Of a stretch of 64,000 nt of DNA, positions 23,590-36,700 are shown one piece after another (positions within the stretch are counted from its first letter, which is position 1; each line of letters begins with the position of its first letter). The position numbers were made by a program, and so were the translations under genes. This DNA comes from Klebsormidium nitens (taxonomy: Eukaryota > Plantae > Klebsormidiophyceae), in assembly GCA_000708835.1 (NCBI GenBank), contig DF237025.1, positions 172,959 to 236,958 of the forward strand. Direction: 5' to 3'. The notes below the pieces were generated by a model. The model was not told the DNA's origin. It ran no database searches and saw only the letters and a program-made list of their open reading frames with translations.

Positions 23590-26309
23590 CTTGACCGATA
23601 TTTAACCTTGCAGAACAAAGAGCGGCGCCGCTTTAGTAGACTCAATGGTCCCTTGAAAGCAAAACTACTGGATGTGGTTTTTGTATTTCTGGTGTGTAAG
23701 CAAAGTAGGAAACACTGGTCCAGAATGGCTTGTATATTCCAAGTAAGAGTGGGAAGCCTCTCTCACTTAGCCAGCACATGTCCAACATACTGCATTATGA
23801 GGCGTAAAGAAGGTGCTTTACCTGCTCAACAAGGGCTGCTGTGCTAGTTAAAGCAGGGTCTCCAACCTTCTAAGTTTTCTCAGAAGGGTTTATGCTCTCT
23901 TTGCCTTTTGGCCGCCACAAAGTGATACTAGCAAGGGAAAAACCATATTGCTACTACAAGCTCCCTAGCAAGTGGGAACCATCTCCTAAGGAACCCTTCT
24001 ACCATTCCCTCTTGAGTAAAGGCTTTAGGTTTTATTCAGACGGCAGCCTCGCTGTAACTGCGATAGATAAGCGTCAGCTGGAACTCAACATGCACAGCTT
24101 TGAGTCTTCAGTCCTAGACATGCTGTGCACTTGCTTTTAACTGGAAGCTGGGAGGCGTCAACATTTCAAAGTGTTCTTAAACGCTTGCAAATGTGAAATA
24201 CGGAAGTCAGCTTTAGTACTTGAGTCTGTACAACCATCAGTGGCAGCTTCAAATGCGCTGGTCACCTAAGCCATATACAGCTTTTCGGCCAAGAGAACAG
24301 TTTGTCAAAACGCTTGCTGCCAGAACAGAAGCTGTGCATAATGTAGACCATCGTATCCTTTGTCCATCATGCTTTTAAGAGCCTCATGAAGCAGCTTCAT
24401 TTTCAGACAACCATTACAAATAGTGCTCCTACCTCACATCCCCGGCTTTGACTCCAAGTCTGAGTGAAAACCAAGCAACTGGACAGGGGGGGCATGGAAA
24501 ACTCACTAAACGACTGGCTCGTCCAACTTTCGCTCTCTCCTGCTGCAATCTCGACACAGGCATGGGACGAGCTTTGCCGACCGTCTCCAGCTCCAGTTGC
24601 ACCCCCACACGCTCAACCTCGAGCCTCTTTTTCCAAACCTTCTGCTGACGTAGCTAACCACCGTCTTCCTGCACTCTTCCTACAGCTAATAGGAAGGCAT
24701 GGCCCTCGTATGGCCTGGTCATTCAGAATCATTGCCTTGCAGGCTGCCAAGACAGCGCGAATCGAAATGGACTAGACACCACAAAACCGACTTTTTCGGA
24801 CCTCTGCAATTCAGCCTGCTTCCTGGCAGGTTTAGGGGGCGGCCATGCTTTTGAAATTTGATTCAAGGTTCCTACCTTTACCTGAACTGTGAATCACCTT
24901 TGAGTCTCCAGGCTGGAAAGCAGACCACAGCTTCCTGAATCTTGCTGAATCCTGAACAGAAGACTGTGGGGACAGCCTACACTGACCCCAAGCATTTACT
25001 GTTCCGCACGATCATCATATGATTGCGTCATGATAAGCGAAGTTGTAACCGGTTCATCGGACGGTAGAAAGGGCTTTACTTGGAAGTACGTGTCATCATC
25101 GACAGCCGAACCAAAGAGAAGGTTCCTGGGGGGCCCGAGTACTGTTGAACTGACCCCCTTGATTGCATACTCCACTTTTACTGACATCATGTAAGGCACG
25201 TGACTGGATAAAGGCGGATATTGACACTGAAGAAAATATCGTTGGAATGATTGCTGGCGTTTTGGGACAAATTTGTCACACATCCACGCCGTCCACAAAT
25301 ATAGAGAGGCCGCGCGCACCGTCGATCTACCTACTCCCAAAACCTCGACGGCCGTTCGGAGTCCCGATTGTAACGGGGTAAATCATCATTTCAGGGCCCG
25401 CAACATGAGCTGGCTGGCAGGTATAGGAGATTGATATAGGACTTCCGACTCTATTATCTACGTATCGTTGCTAACGACAGGCTCATCCCCGCTGAGCCAT
25501 AAAGACCTTCGGCTGTTTTGGCGGTCCGTTCGACCGGCTCCTCCACATGTGCGCCCAGCGCGCAGCAGCTCTGAGAGTCGGTGATGAGAGTCAGGTTGGA
25601 GACGAGGCTTCTCGTCTGTTGCGCTATTAACATCAGCGCATCTCAATTAGTCTTCAGCGCAGCTAGGCCAGAGCCGTTCATCATCGATCGGCTCTTGCAG
25701 TTTAGAGCACGCTATAGGTGCGAGGCCTTTGGCGATATGTCTAGTTTCGTTAGTCGCGTTGATTTGTTCACGATTGCTAGAGCGAGGCATAGCAGTGAGG
25801 AGTGACATTTGAGGTGATGTGGCATTTACATGCGACTATAGCTTCGAGTTGGCTTGGCCAACGACCATTGTTCATATTGTTATAACAACAATATTTTGTT
25901 ATGGTTATTGTGACTGAGTGGAACTTGAAATGTTCGCATGCGGCTGATTGCATTCTTGGTGTTCAGATTGACTTGCCACGTCGCACGGCTGAATTTTGCT
26001 GGGCGGCCCTTGGCTGGAATCTACTGAAATATGAGGGAAGCCGCTAATCTAGTTTATGAAGCAAATTAGCCTGAGCTCCGAGGTATAATCACATGCCAAC
26101 AAAAGGCATAACATTGCCAGGGGGTCACTTCCGAACCAAACCTGATGTCAAATGTCATGCACAATTTATGGAGCTCGCTCAATTGATGCAACACAGATCT
26201 GTTTTGAGGACCATCAACATGCAACCGCACAATGTAGAAATGCATTCACGGGAGAAGACAACTTAGCATACCCGCCGGGATAACACGTGGCTTGCGAAAG
26301 ATCGCCTCT

Positions 26310-29300
26310 TCACTTTCTGAACAAGTTCCTAAACTGCTCGTTAGTTTTTGGGGTCTCGTCCCTCGCCGCTGCTTGCCCTGCTCGCCCTTTGATGTTCCTC
26401 GGCACAAATGTTGTTGGATCGCCCACTAGCTGCAGATGGCCCCCTCGTCGGTGGCTGACAACTGAACGGGGCGGGTTCTCCCACCCGCCTTGCCCCCCCC
26501 TCGGTGGGCCTCTTCCTTGGCCCCCTCTACCGGGTGGCCCCCTCCCTCGTCCCCGTGGTTGTTGCGGGCCTGGGTACGATGAGGGGTCCGACTTTTCGAC
26601 ACTCAGCTTCCGCCCACTGAACTCCACCTCGTTATGCTCGATGGCCCTCTCAAGCCCCTCGTCCGTCTCAAACTCGACATAACCAACGCCCTGCAAGACA
26701 TAAACTGACTAAGCATCGCGCTCCGTGAATATCCGACCCAGCTGATAATTCTCGAGGCGGGGAACAAAAGGGCTAACATCGGGATGGCCATCACTCAGTT
26801 CCGTCAGCTAACTTCAAACAATGAAGCCGGGGAAGATACAATTCCACAGAGCTCTTCAGAGTAGATAAGCATTAGAAAATGCAGGACGGAAGCAGCGGCT
26901 TGCACGTAACAGACAACAACAACAATAGCTCCAGCTGAGACTCAAACTTTCGCAAGCCGCCAGAAGACTGACGTCAGCCCAGCCGGAAGGACTCTCCGAT
27001 TCCATCCCTCACCTTCTTCCGGCCAGTACGCTTGTCCGTGGGCAACCGGACCTCCTTCACCGGCCCGAACTGTGAGAAGAAGTCGGCGACGTCCTTTTCC
27101 TCCGCCTGCAGCAACAGCAAAACGAACGAAACTTTTCACCCAATCACAATGAGCATTTAGCGGGCGATACGACTTCTTCAACCTGTTTCCGCTTGTCTTC
27201 CGCTCTTAGACTGCTATCTGATGTCTCATATCAAGTGCACTCCAAACAGAGCTCGGTAACCAGGACCAAGCGCGAGTCCGCCAGAGCATTACGGTGAGTT
27301 GAAAGCGCATGCTCAGACGCAGGGGTTCCGGTTCAATTCCGTTCCTTCGTTCGTTCTCGCATCGTCTGATATCGCATTTGGATTCCATTTCCAACTTTCG
27401 GCCATCGCAACGTGCACCAGGCGTCCGTTACGGCCGGCAGGGTTTCCGCAAGAAAAGGATTTTGGACTCCATGCAGCATGACGAAAGCAAAACCTTTGTG
27501 AGGCAAACGGCAGTCCTAGAACCAGCCCCAAGGTAGGCGGCCAATCTGCAGACGCACTCGTCAGTCGGCGCCTTTGCGACACCGCAGACATCGGCAAAGG
27601 AACCAGCTTGACTATCAAAACCCAACGGGCCGTACAAGAACAGTGGCTGAACGCCCCACCTCCCACGGCAGGTTCTTGAGGAACGCCGTCCTCTGATCCG
27701 AATACACCGGCCGCTTCTTCCCCCCCGCCTCCTGCCCCCGTTCCTCCGGCTGCTCCCCGGCCCCGCTCGTCCCCGCCGCCGCATCTCCGTGACCGGCGTC
27801 AGCATCCGTCATGCTGACGTCAGCCCCAGCCGCCGGCCCCGCCTGCCCGCTCTCCTCCGGGACTCCGGCCTGCGCGGGCGGTGCCGGCTCCTCTCTTTGC
27901 TTCTTGGGCCTCCCCCCGTCTTCTTGAGCATCTTTGAACCCTAAACCCCGTTTCCTTTTTGGGGGGGGCGCCGCCGCAGGTGCTTTTCCCGGGGGCTTCG
28001 GCTTACCCCGGGCGGGCTCGGTTGGGCGCGGGCTGGGCTGCGGGGCAGCGGCGGCCGCCTTCGCGTCGCGCTGCTGCTGAAGTGTGCGGAGCTCAACCAG
28101 TCGGGGGCCGACCTTGGCGGACGCCTTGTCGAAGTCGTCTAGAGTGCCCACCTGCCAACGGAACGGGGGTGTAGTTGTGTCAAAAGTTGTGTAATTCGGT
28201 GTTGACACAACCCAGATAGAGCAGTATCTTAGGAGAAAGTAGGTCACGACCGCTACCTGCAAACTGACATCGGCATGCGAGGCAATGGAACTACGTTGGC
28301 CTGAGATGACGTGTCAGCAGATCGTGTGAAAATCGAGAAGCGGAAGCAAGGAACTCGGCATCAGGAGCAAGAACGATATAGTTTAGTAGATCATTCCGGT
28401 TCGTTATGCCGCTCACTTGACAGGCCGTCGCTTCACGCATCATCACGAGCAAAATGTTAATCCTAACTCGGCGCACCAACCGTGGGATCCAAGACAGTCA
28501 ACTAGTCAGTCGCACGCCCAGTGGCTCACCTCCTCCTCAAATTGCAGCCATGCCAGGCACATCGCTTCCGTTCCGTTCCCCTCCAGCCCCCGCCCGTACA
28601 CCCGCCGGAACAGCTTCCGGCACTCCTCGAAGTTTTTTAATCCCTTCTCCATCTCGACGAAAGCTGCCCACGGCTCCACCATATGGCCCCGCGTTTTGAG
28701 CACTCCCTCCCACACGCCCTCCGCCGCTTTCACGTCCCCGTTCACATTCAATTCAACGCCCGCCCAGTATCTCTCCAGCCGGAACGAGCGGTCGACCCAG
28801 TCGGGGAAGAACTCTTTCAGCAACTCTGCCGCCTGTGTGAACACGCCCCGGAGCGTATCCCTGTCGCCGGCGGGCGCGTTCGCACCGGCCGCTGCGAGCC
28901 TCCTCCTCAGCCCTGCTGCGCGGGTAAGAAAAAGCTCCTGGTAGTCCTCGGCCGAGGCCTGCAGCCCGGCGCTCAGCGCCGACTCGAAGACCGCCCGGTG
29001 GGTCTCCTCCGACGCCCCCGACCGCTCGAGAGCGAGGAGGTAACGCACCCAGAGTGCGGACACCCACGGGCAGTTTCGGATGGCGCGCGCGTAGATTCGG
29101 ACGGCCTGCTGGTGGGCCTTCAGCTGGGTTTCGACGAACTGGCCGTAGCGGAGCCAAAGGTCGTGCGTGACGGGGAAGTCGGCGATGGCGCGTTCGTAAA
29201 GAATCTGGACTCGGGACGGCTCGCGTGCGGACTCTTCAAAGGAGATGTAGGCGAGGTAGCTGCTCAGGAGGGCGGCGTCGGTGGGCTTGTCGGTGACCTG

Positions 29301-31706
29301 CGTTTGAAGAACAAGCCTTACAGGTTTGAGCATACAAAACTAGGGAAGTTGGTAGAGATGAATTGCGAGAACACAAGCTCGCAAAGCCCTTTCAAAAGAA
29401 TGACGGCAAGTAGCTGAAGTGCAGACTTTCGTCGCAACAAAGAAAAGTCATTGCGGAGCTTATGAGGATTCAGATTGACGGTGACAGGACTGAATTTGTC
29501 GATCTTCGAGCAACTCTGCTGTCCGTTCTCCAACTTTGCAGCACGAAATCCCTACACAAACGTGTTCCGGACAATTTTCTTAAAAGCCTGGGAAGCGTTC
29601 CAGGAACTCACACTCTCTTCATACGGCAGTCGTGAGTCCACCACCTTGACCGCTTTCTTGAGCTCCGATTGGACGTCCGGCGGGAGTGCTTTCGGCTCGC
29701 CCGTTTCGGACGCCCACTCCTCGTACGCTTCCAGCGTGTCCGCGTGGTCCGCGAGCGGCGTTCGCAGCTGGCGCCAAAACAGCTTCTTCACACGCTCCAC
29801 CTGCTTCGCCTTGTCCTGAATGTACACGCGTCTTCCGGTCAGTCTGATCATGAATGTTTTCTGAGGATTGTTTGCTGACGGTTCGACAAAGAGGAATTAA
29901 TAGACTAAGCGGAATGAATGTAAGGAACGAGCTTCTATCGAGGACGGATCAGCGAGCGTGACATGCACCTGTCCGTGATTCGTGAACAGCATATGCCTTG
30001 GAACCGTCATTTAAGAAGCTCTCGACGAACACGCCTTGAAATATGCTGATGGACATCGGCTTGTCCTACCTCTTCGCTGGCGTCTTCCAGGGTTGGCAGG
30101 ACGGCGTCTTCAAAGTCACGATATGCTGTCCACACCCTGCTGCCCTTGGAGTAATGCAAGCCCGCAGCGGCCAGCGCGTTTTCGCAGAGCGTGCGGAAGC
30201 AGGCCATCCCCTCAGGAACGCAGCTGGCAACGTCGGCGTCGTGCTCCTCCACGAACTCTAGGTACTCAACCCATAGGGGAATGGACTGCACAGAGGAACG
30301 AGAGTTGGTGTTGGAAAAGGAAGCAAAGGAAGCAAACGAAAGCAAAGAGACTGTGATAAGAAGGACGAACGTCGGAGCAGAGAAAGGGTCGAAGTACAAT
30401 CACGATCAAACAAGAGTTCTAAACGAACCATGCCGCCTTGGATAGAGCATGTTATCGTGAACGTGAATGGGATAAAAATTGAATAACTAAGATAAGGCAG
30501 ACATTCCGATACCTCAACAGGTGGTTCTACCCATCAACATGTTGTATAGAGAAACACTGCAACTTGTTCTGTTGCTCTGAGGCGCTGTAAACTGATGGTG
30601 AAGCATACATAGCTTCGTTGTGTGGGGACTGTGCCAGTGAACCTACTTCCAGCTTACCAGGTAATCCTGTACGGCCCGCTCGTAGAGCTGCTGGATGCGC
30701 TCAACGTCTTCTTCTCTGCAGAAGTGGAAATCTTGATTCTGATCACAGTGCTGAGGCAGGACACGCAATGAGAAGGCAAGTCGATAATCAAGAACAGAAC
30801 GCAGTGAGAGAAACCAGACAACAAAGTTGGAGGTACTCAATGCAATGCTCGCTCGAAGCAAAAGAATCTTCTTCTCGAAGCACTACTTTGAAGGAAAGAC
30901 TTTTCCATACATCGATCTTGTCCACAGAGAGAGGAACTTTCTGGAGCACTTCTTCTTCAAAGCTAAGATTTCCGAGGAGTGCCGCCATCAACTTCATACT
31001 ACGCCAGACAAGCATTCGGTGCCCTCTGCATGTTCTGGTACACCTTGATTCACCTGCCCTCGTTTGCAGCAAACTTGTGAATCACATGGATAAGATATTT
31101 AGTCTGAGCGATTGGCCAGGCCGCCCTCACCCCTGCACCAGCCTCGCCTCATCTTGCGTCCATTCCCGCCACATGTCAGGCGTCAGCGGGTAGAGTGCAT
31201 TCATGCTCTCCCTAGCCGATCGGACTTTCTGCAGATCGCCAGACTTGCGCAGGGCTGCGATGTACTGCAAGAAGAACCAGATGCTTGAAGCAGGTTCCTT
31301 TTGAAGCTTTTTTTGTTCAGTTGCATGGCCTTCTATAGTTAAAATATAGAGGATATGCAAACGCCACCATGCATTGCTTTGCAAACCACAAACTTTTCTT
31401 TCAAGATGCTTTTAAAAAGTGAAGGATGTGCCCATGCACTACAATCAAAAAGCACCGTCACAATCTCAGCAGACGGCACCACTATACATAAGGTCTGAAC
31501 AAGAGCATCCCACCCTCGCTCCAACGCATCGTAACAACACTTTGAAAAGTGGGCCGGAAAATGCAAGAACATACCTGGACATGAGTGTTGTAGTCGGCAG
31601 GATTCGCGGCCAATTGATCCTCCAACTTCTTCAAAGCTTCCATGTCCACCTCCTCCACCTCTTCATCGCTGCTGTCAGACAGAGGGTCTGCATCAGCTGC
31701 CGCCAT
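26310..31706 (-). CDS. SART3: SART3/PRP24-like U4/U6 recycling factor (HAT repeats + RRM + LSm-interaction tail), about 825 aa; exons 31706-31575, 31264-31131, 30715-30658, 30285-30070, 29815-29612, 29297-28530, 28151-27660, 27105-27013, 26690-26310
   Basis: HAT-repeat motifs (PLTPDMWREWTQDE, LYERAVQDYL, LYERAIADFP, ARAIRNCPWVSALW), RRM (TAFLKNLPW...GVGYVEF) and C-terminal PKTNEQFRNLF. 2478 nt in frame. Confidence 0.9.
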
Positions 31707-31910
31707 AGCTGCAAACTATAATCTGAGAGGCCCTTCTTGATCGATATCTAGCTTGCTACAAGTCCCAGCTTTTAGGATTGAAGGAAGGAAGTCGCCCAAG
31801 GGAAAATGCGTATTTTCAATTACAACTTCAAGCAAGCTGGTATTTGAGCAATTAAATTTTGATTTTCTCCGAGTCCTAGCTCTGGCCCTGGGTTAGTCGA
31901 GGTTAGCTTC

Positions 31911-32234
31911 TAGGGTTTCTTGAGGGTTTTGTACCCAGGCTAATAAAACCCAGCAGACTACATAACTTTGCTACTAGCTAGTCTTCTAAACTACGTCATC
32001 CATGACATCAGCGATACCAGTGGTGGGGTACGGTACCTGTCGGTATGGTTGATACCGCCAGGTTTCACCGGGTGCGGTTGAAGTGCTCGGGGCAGATTCC
32101 GGTTACAATGAGGGCAAACCTGTGATCTTGGTGGGGTTAGCTGGGGGGTTAGGGTGGGTAAGGGTGCGCTCTGGCGGAACGCCTTAGGGTTTGTCAAAAA
32201 CCGGGTTACTGCTCAATATTTACCCTTAGGGTTT
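31911..32234. promoter_or_regulatory. Three perfect telo-boxes (TAGGGTTT = reverse complement of AAACCCTA) upstream of SART3
   Basis: TAGGGTTT at 31911, 32185 and 32227. Telo-boxes are known from land-plant promoters of translation and RNA-processing genes. The motif also occurs elsewhere in the window, so function is unproven. Confidence 0.35.
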
Positions 32235-32375
32235 TAGTGTGCGTTAGGAAGTTAACCCTGTGTGACATCATCAGTGACGCATATCGCAAGACTAGCAAAC
32301 TTACGTACCTACGTCATAAAACCTCAAAACCCTGGGCCGCAGTTCGATCAGCTTTGCCCACAATCCAATTGGCGC

Positions 32376-33465
32376 TTAACCCTTTGTGGCCGGGAGTTTT
32401 ACGGTAGTTTTACCGTCCGCGTAAATCATCGGTAATTCTCAAAAAATTTACGATCGCGCGATCGATCGATCGTACGGTGCCGATCGCAGAACCTGCCGGT
32501 CCGGCGTGCCGGTTTATCGAGGGGAAGGTGAATATTGACTCGATAGTCAGCTCCTTCGAGCTTTCTAGCTCCTACACATGTTGCCAACGCGTTCGCAAGG
32601 CCTCAGCGGGCCCCATACAGGCACGAATGCTAACAAGCTGAAGTCGGCTTAGTCGTAAGGCCTTGTCATGCCAATTCTGTTGCCAGTTGTCCCTCCTATA
32701 TGGCTGATGGAAGCGCAATATATGCGCACAATTGCTAATACAAACAGCTTGTTGCCCTTGGCCGGGTACCTACCTAGGTTACCTAGTAGGTACCTACTTT
32801 GTGACCAACCGGGGGCCATGTTGCCTCCCCCCAACAGTGGCAGGGGATATCCTCACGTTGCGCTGCCTTCTACATTCACACCATCTGTTGCCACAATCGG
32901 TTTGCCCGTGTTGCCACTTACGCTTCTGTCAGAGTGAATACGTCCTGCAGGTGCGGCGGCCGGGGTGCGCCGCAACAGGAAGCACGGTTTCGATTGCAAG
33001 GCCTTTCAATTCTTAGCTGTTGCCTAGCTAGTTCCCAGTCTGTTGCCCTCATTTCCGGTCGACAATGTGGGGCCTCCCTTATCTTGTTGCCATTCCCCTG
33101 CCAACCCGGTTGGCAGGGGAATGGCAACAAGATTAGGGAGGCCCAGCATCTCTCGACCGAAACGCTGCTTGGAGTTGCCTGGGCGCCTGCTAAATTGTCG
33201 AGGCCCCGTTTGTGGCCTTGTTGCCTAAGTAATGTTGCCACATGTGCGTGACAGCGTGGCAACTGCAGGCAACACACAGCCTACTGGGGGGGCCGCGCAC
33301 CTGGGCCCGGACCCCCCCATAATTTATTTTTATTTTTTGTATGTTGCATTTAGTCATTTGACACCACCCTATGAAGTCTGGGCCTCATCCGTTGCTTTCT
33401 GGGCCTATTTGCAACATTGTGTAAAGAGTGGCAACAAAAGGCAACATCCGGCCACAAAGGGTTAA
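32376..33465. mobile_element. Non-autonomous piggyBac-type DNA transposon, 1082 bp (32380-33461) with TTAA target-site duplications
   Basis: Left end TTAA(32376-79)+CCCTTTGTGGCCGG, right end CCGGCCACAAAGGG+TTAA(33462-65): a perfect 14-bp TIR. TTAA TSD with CCCT termini is the piggyBac signature. No transposase ORF inside. Confidence 0.85.
33081..33133. repeat. Perfect 26-bp-arm inverted repeat (1-nt spacer) inside the piggyBac-type element
   Basis: ATCTTGTTGCCATTCCCCTGCCAACC-C-GGTTGGCAGGGGAATGGCAACAAGAT. Pairing extends outward with mismatches (GGCCTCCCT/AGGGAGGCC). Confidence 0.95.
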
Positions 33466-33755
33466 GCTCTTCATGCAATGCGGCTCCTTCGGCAATGGCG
33501 CATGATGAACTTCATACTACAAAGATGGAGAATCTGTAACACGGTTGGCTTGGATTCTTTGCCTGATCCGTCCGTCTGCCAACAGAGCGTTGATTGTCTT
33601 GGGGTTTATTCATTCTTTCGTTCATTCATTGAATCCTGGTAGCTCTGCCAACTGATGCATTGCTGCATGATCCGCAACCTCATTCTGCCACATAGTCCCC
33701 TAGCCTAGGATGTTCTCTCCCCTAGCCTAGGATGTTCTCTAAGGCAAGTAATCTG

Positions 33756-36700
33756 ATGGGGGAGGATGCAAGAGCCGGCAGTTCGACTGCTCCCAATGGC
33801 GCTCCAGGACAGCAATCTACTGGACTGTACTCGTGAGTATTCCTGGCACTCATTCAACCAAAGTTGGGTTGAATTGGTTGTGTACCACCACCACACGATC
33901 AAAAACCTCTACAAGCAGATGTGCGCTCTTCAAGCGTGTGTAGGATTTTTGTCAATTGTGCAAGTCTTTTGGCCATGATGAAGTTTGAAAGATGATGCCC
34001 CTCTGAGGCGCAAGCACACATCACCACTGGCACCAACGATCTGATGATTCTATTCGAGTTCAGGAAGTTTGGGATGTGGGAACTACTTCCAAGCTTTTAG
34101 ACCTGAAACTGAGTTACCTGATTTCTTTCAATGTGATCCAGCGGGGGGGTTGATTAGCGCCCTTTCCAACCACTTGATAAGTCCATCACACTCGTCATGC
34201 CAGATGCCCTGAGCTTGAGCTACAAACGATGAAACTTGAAGCTTTCCCTTTTTAAATTATGGTTCCTCCTCGGAGCAACAATCCCCCCTTCTTCCACAGC
34301 TCAACCTACAAGGTCGAAGCTCCACCTTCTGAGTTTAACTTCTTCCCTTGGGCGAATCACCCCCTCTTCCCCCAGAGCTTGAGCTACAGAAGTTAGACTT
34401 GAAGCTCCCTTTTCTTCTCTAGCAAGTTCTCCTTAAAGCAAACACCCCATCTTTTGTCCAGAGATGATCCTGGCGCCGCCCCCGCTGTTGACCCGTACCT
34501 GCGCATGGCCATGTACAACGTTCGCGTTTGCCAACCTGGCGCTGATCTTGTTTGGAGTGATCTTGTTCGGCCTCTACCTTCTCCTCAACGACTTTCTGCA
34601 GCCCCTCCTATGGGCTGGCCTTTGTGCAGTGCTCCTTAAAGGTGAGGCCTTCGTGAGCGCGACAAGAGATTGGGACAATCCAAGTGTTCAGTGAGGCGTC
34701 GGAGTCGTGGCGGAATGTTTCTTGGATGCTGTTGGACGAGGTTAAAGTTGGCTGTGGTCGTACACTGATTCTTTGGTGCAAAGCTAGTGCTCCGCAAGCA
34801 CACGGAGCATCTCCCCGTTGAATAAGGCGACCTACAGGCGTAGATCGAGGAGAGGAACTTTCACATTTTTCTGATAGTGTCTCGTGCCGATATCAGTGAC
34901 ATGTAGTACGAAAGGACTTGGCTGAGTATGAAGAGATAATTAAAATGATGCAATTCGCGAGAACGACCTTTGCGCAGGTTGCTTTCGAAAAGCTGGGTCC
35001 GATACAACGCCTGCGCCTAGATCACTTCCGCCTTTGACAGATTTACACGTGGATTTGCCCCACATCGCATCCTCAGCGATTGCAATCGTCTGAATCCACC
35101 CATTCTGTTTTTGGAGCCAAGCTCTCGGCTTTCAGTGCTCTAAAAATGCTCCAGTCAGTTGATTCCATGAACTCTTGTATCCGGTGCTTCCTTGCAGGAT
35201 ACAAAGACTCCTTGGTTGAGTTCTGGGTCCCCTTTCTAGAACAAGGCCTTTCGTCCGTCCTTTCGGTCCCCTTCCTCCTGCTACGAGATCTGTACATAAA
35301 TATCGCACTTGACACGTGGGCCAATCTGAGCCCGTACCTGAGACCCCTTATGAAGAAGAAGGATGAAAAGGAGAAGGGCTCTGATGAGAAGGTTCCGCTG
35401 AAGCGGAGGCGGAGCGCTCCTGCCAACAAGTTGAAGGAAATGAAGATGCACACAAGATCTGAGGTGGGTACGAGATACCTTCTGCGTTGGGCGAAACGTT
35501 AAGTGAATAGGTGACAGTGAACGAGCTTATGTGAAGCCGGATTTGAACAGTGTTTCTGAGTTTTGCGAAGCTTGGCTCACTTGCGTTGTGTCCAAAAGCA
35601 AAGTGATCGAAGCAGAGAAAACCTCCGCTGTGCTTGCCTCCTTGGACAGTGCGTGTAAACGATTGTTCGTCTTTCTAGTCGACAGAGCATTCGAGGACCC
35701 CGCAACAATCCTTCTTGACAAATTGCAGACGTTTTCTAATTGCTACCACACGACGTCGGGAGGGAACCGTGAAGCGGTCTTTCGTTCACGTTGCTTCTGC
35801 TGGTTGCAACCACACACTTCTCGACTTTGAAGTTCTACGTTTTTTCATGTGCTGAGTTATAGCCCCTTTTCTGCACGTGCAGATACTATTCGAGTGGCTG
35901 GCGGCCTTTGGCGTAGGCAGCTTGCTGTGGAGCGGTCTGCGCCTGCGCTACGGCCTACTCGTTGCCGCCTGCTTATTGGGGTTTTGGACGCTTATGGAGG
36001 TTGCAAAAGAAAACGGCGCCTCTCAAAAAGCTGCACCGGCAGCAGAGCCGAAGGCGGCTGGCTCGGTTGCAGGCAGGGTGGCGGAGCGAGTGAAGGTGGG
36101 GAATGATGAATAGCGGCTTCGCATTGCTGCTTTGTTGTTGTCACCCGCTTTTAATGATACAACGGCTCTCGATCTATCTCGAAATCTTTCTTTATCCATC
36201 AAGTGTTACCGAAAGACGGTTCTCACGTGGACGCCCCACTTTCCTAGCGAGTCGCTCCTTTCTTTCCACTACTTGAGAAGACGTTCGTCCTTTCCAACCG
36301 ACGCTCTGTTACATCTTCCCGTCGTCCCATCTGTGCCGCAGGTCCAGCTCAGACACAGGGCATTCCTATTAGGAGTGAACCGCCCTCTCACAAACACAAA
36401 ACAGAGCACGGTTTCCGTTCTGATATATCTATCTCCGCCCTCGCCGCTCAGGTCGGCAGGTCGCGCTCTGAGACGGGCCTGCAGGGTCTGTCAGTCGCAA
36501 ATTGACGGACAGGAACGGACAACATCTTCATTTTCCCCTCTGATTTTATATTTTCCTCAGGCGGCAGACCGCGTGCTGGGCCAGAGCGTGGTTACCTTTT
36601 TCCATTTTCCGCTCTGACTTTTTCCTCCTTTCCGCTCAGGCGGCGGACCGCGCGCTGGGCCAGAGCGTGCAGTACAACATGAATTAAACGGAAACCAACT

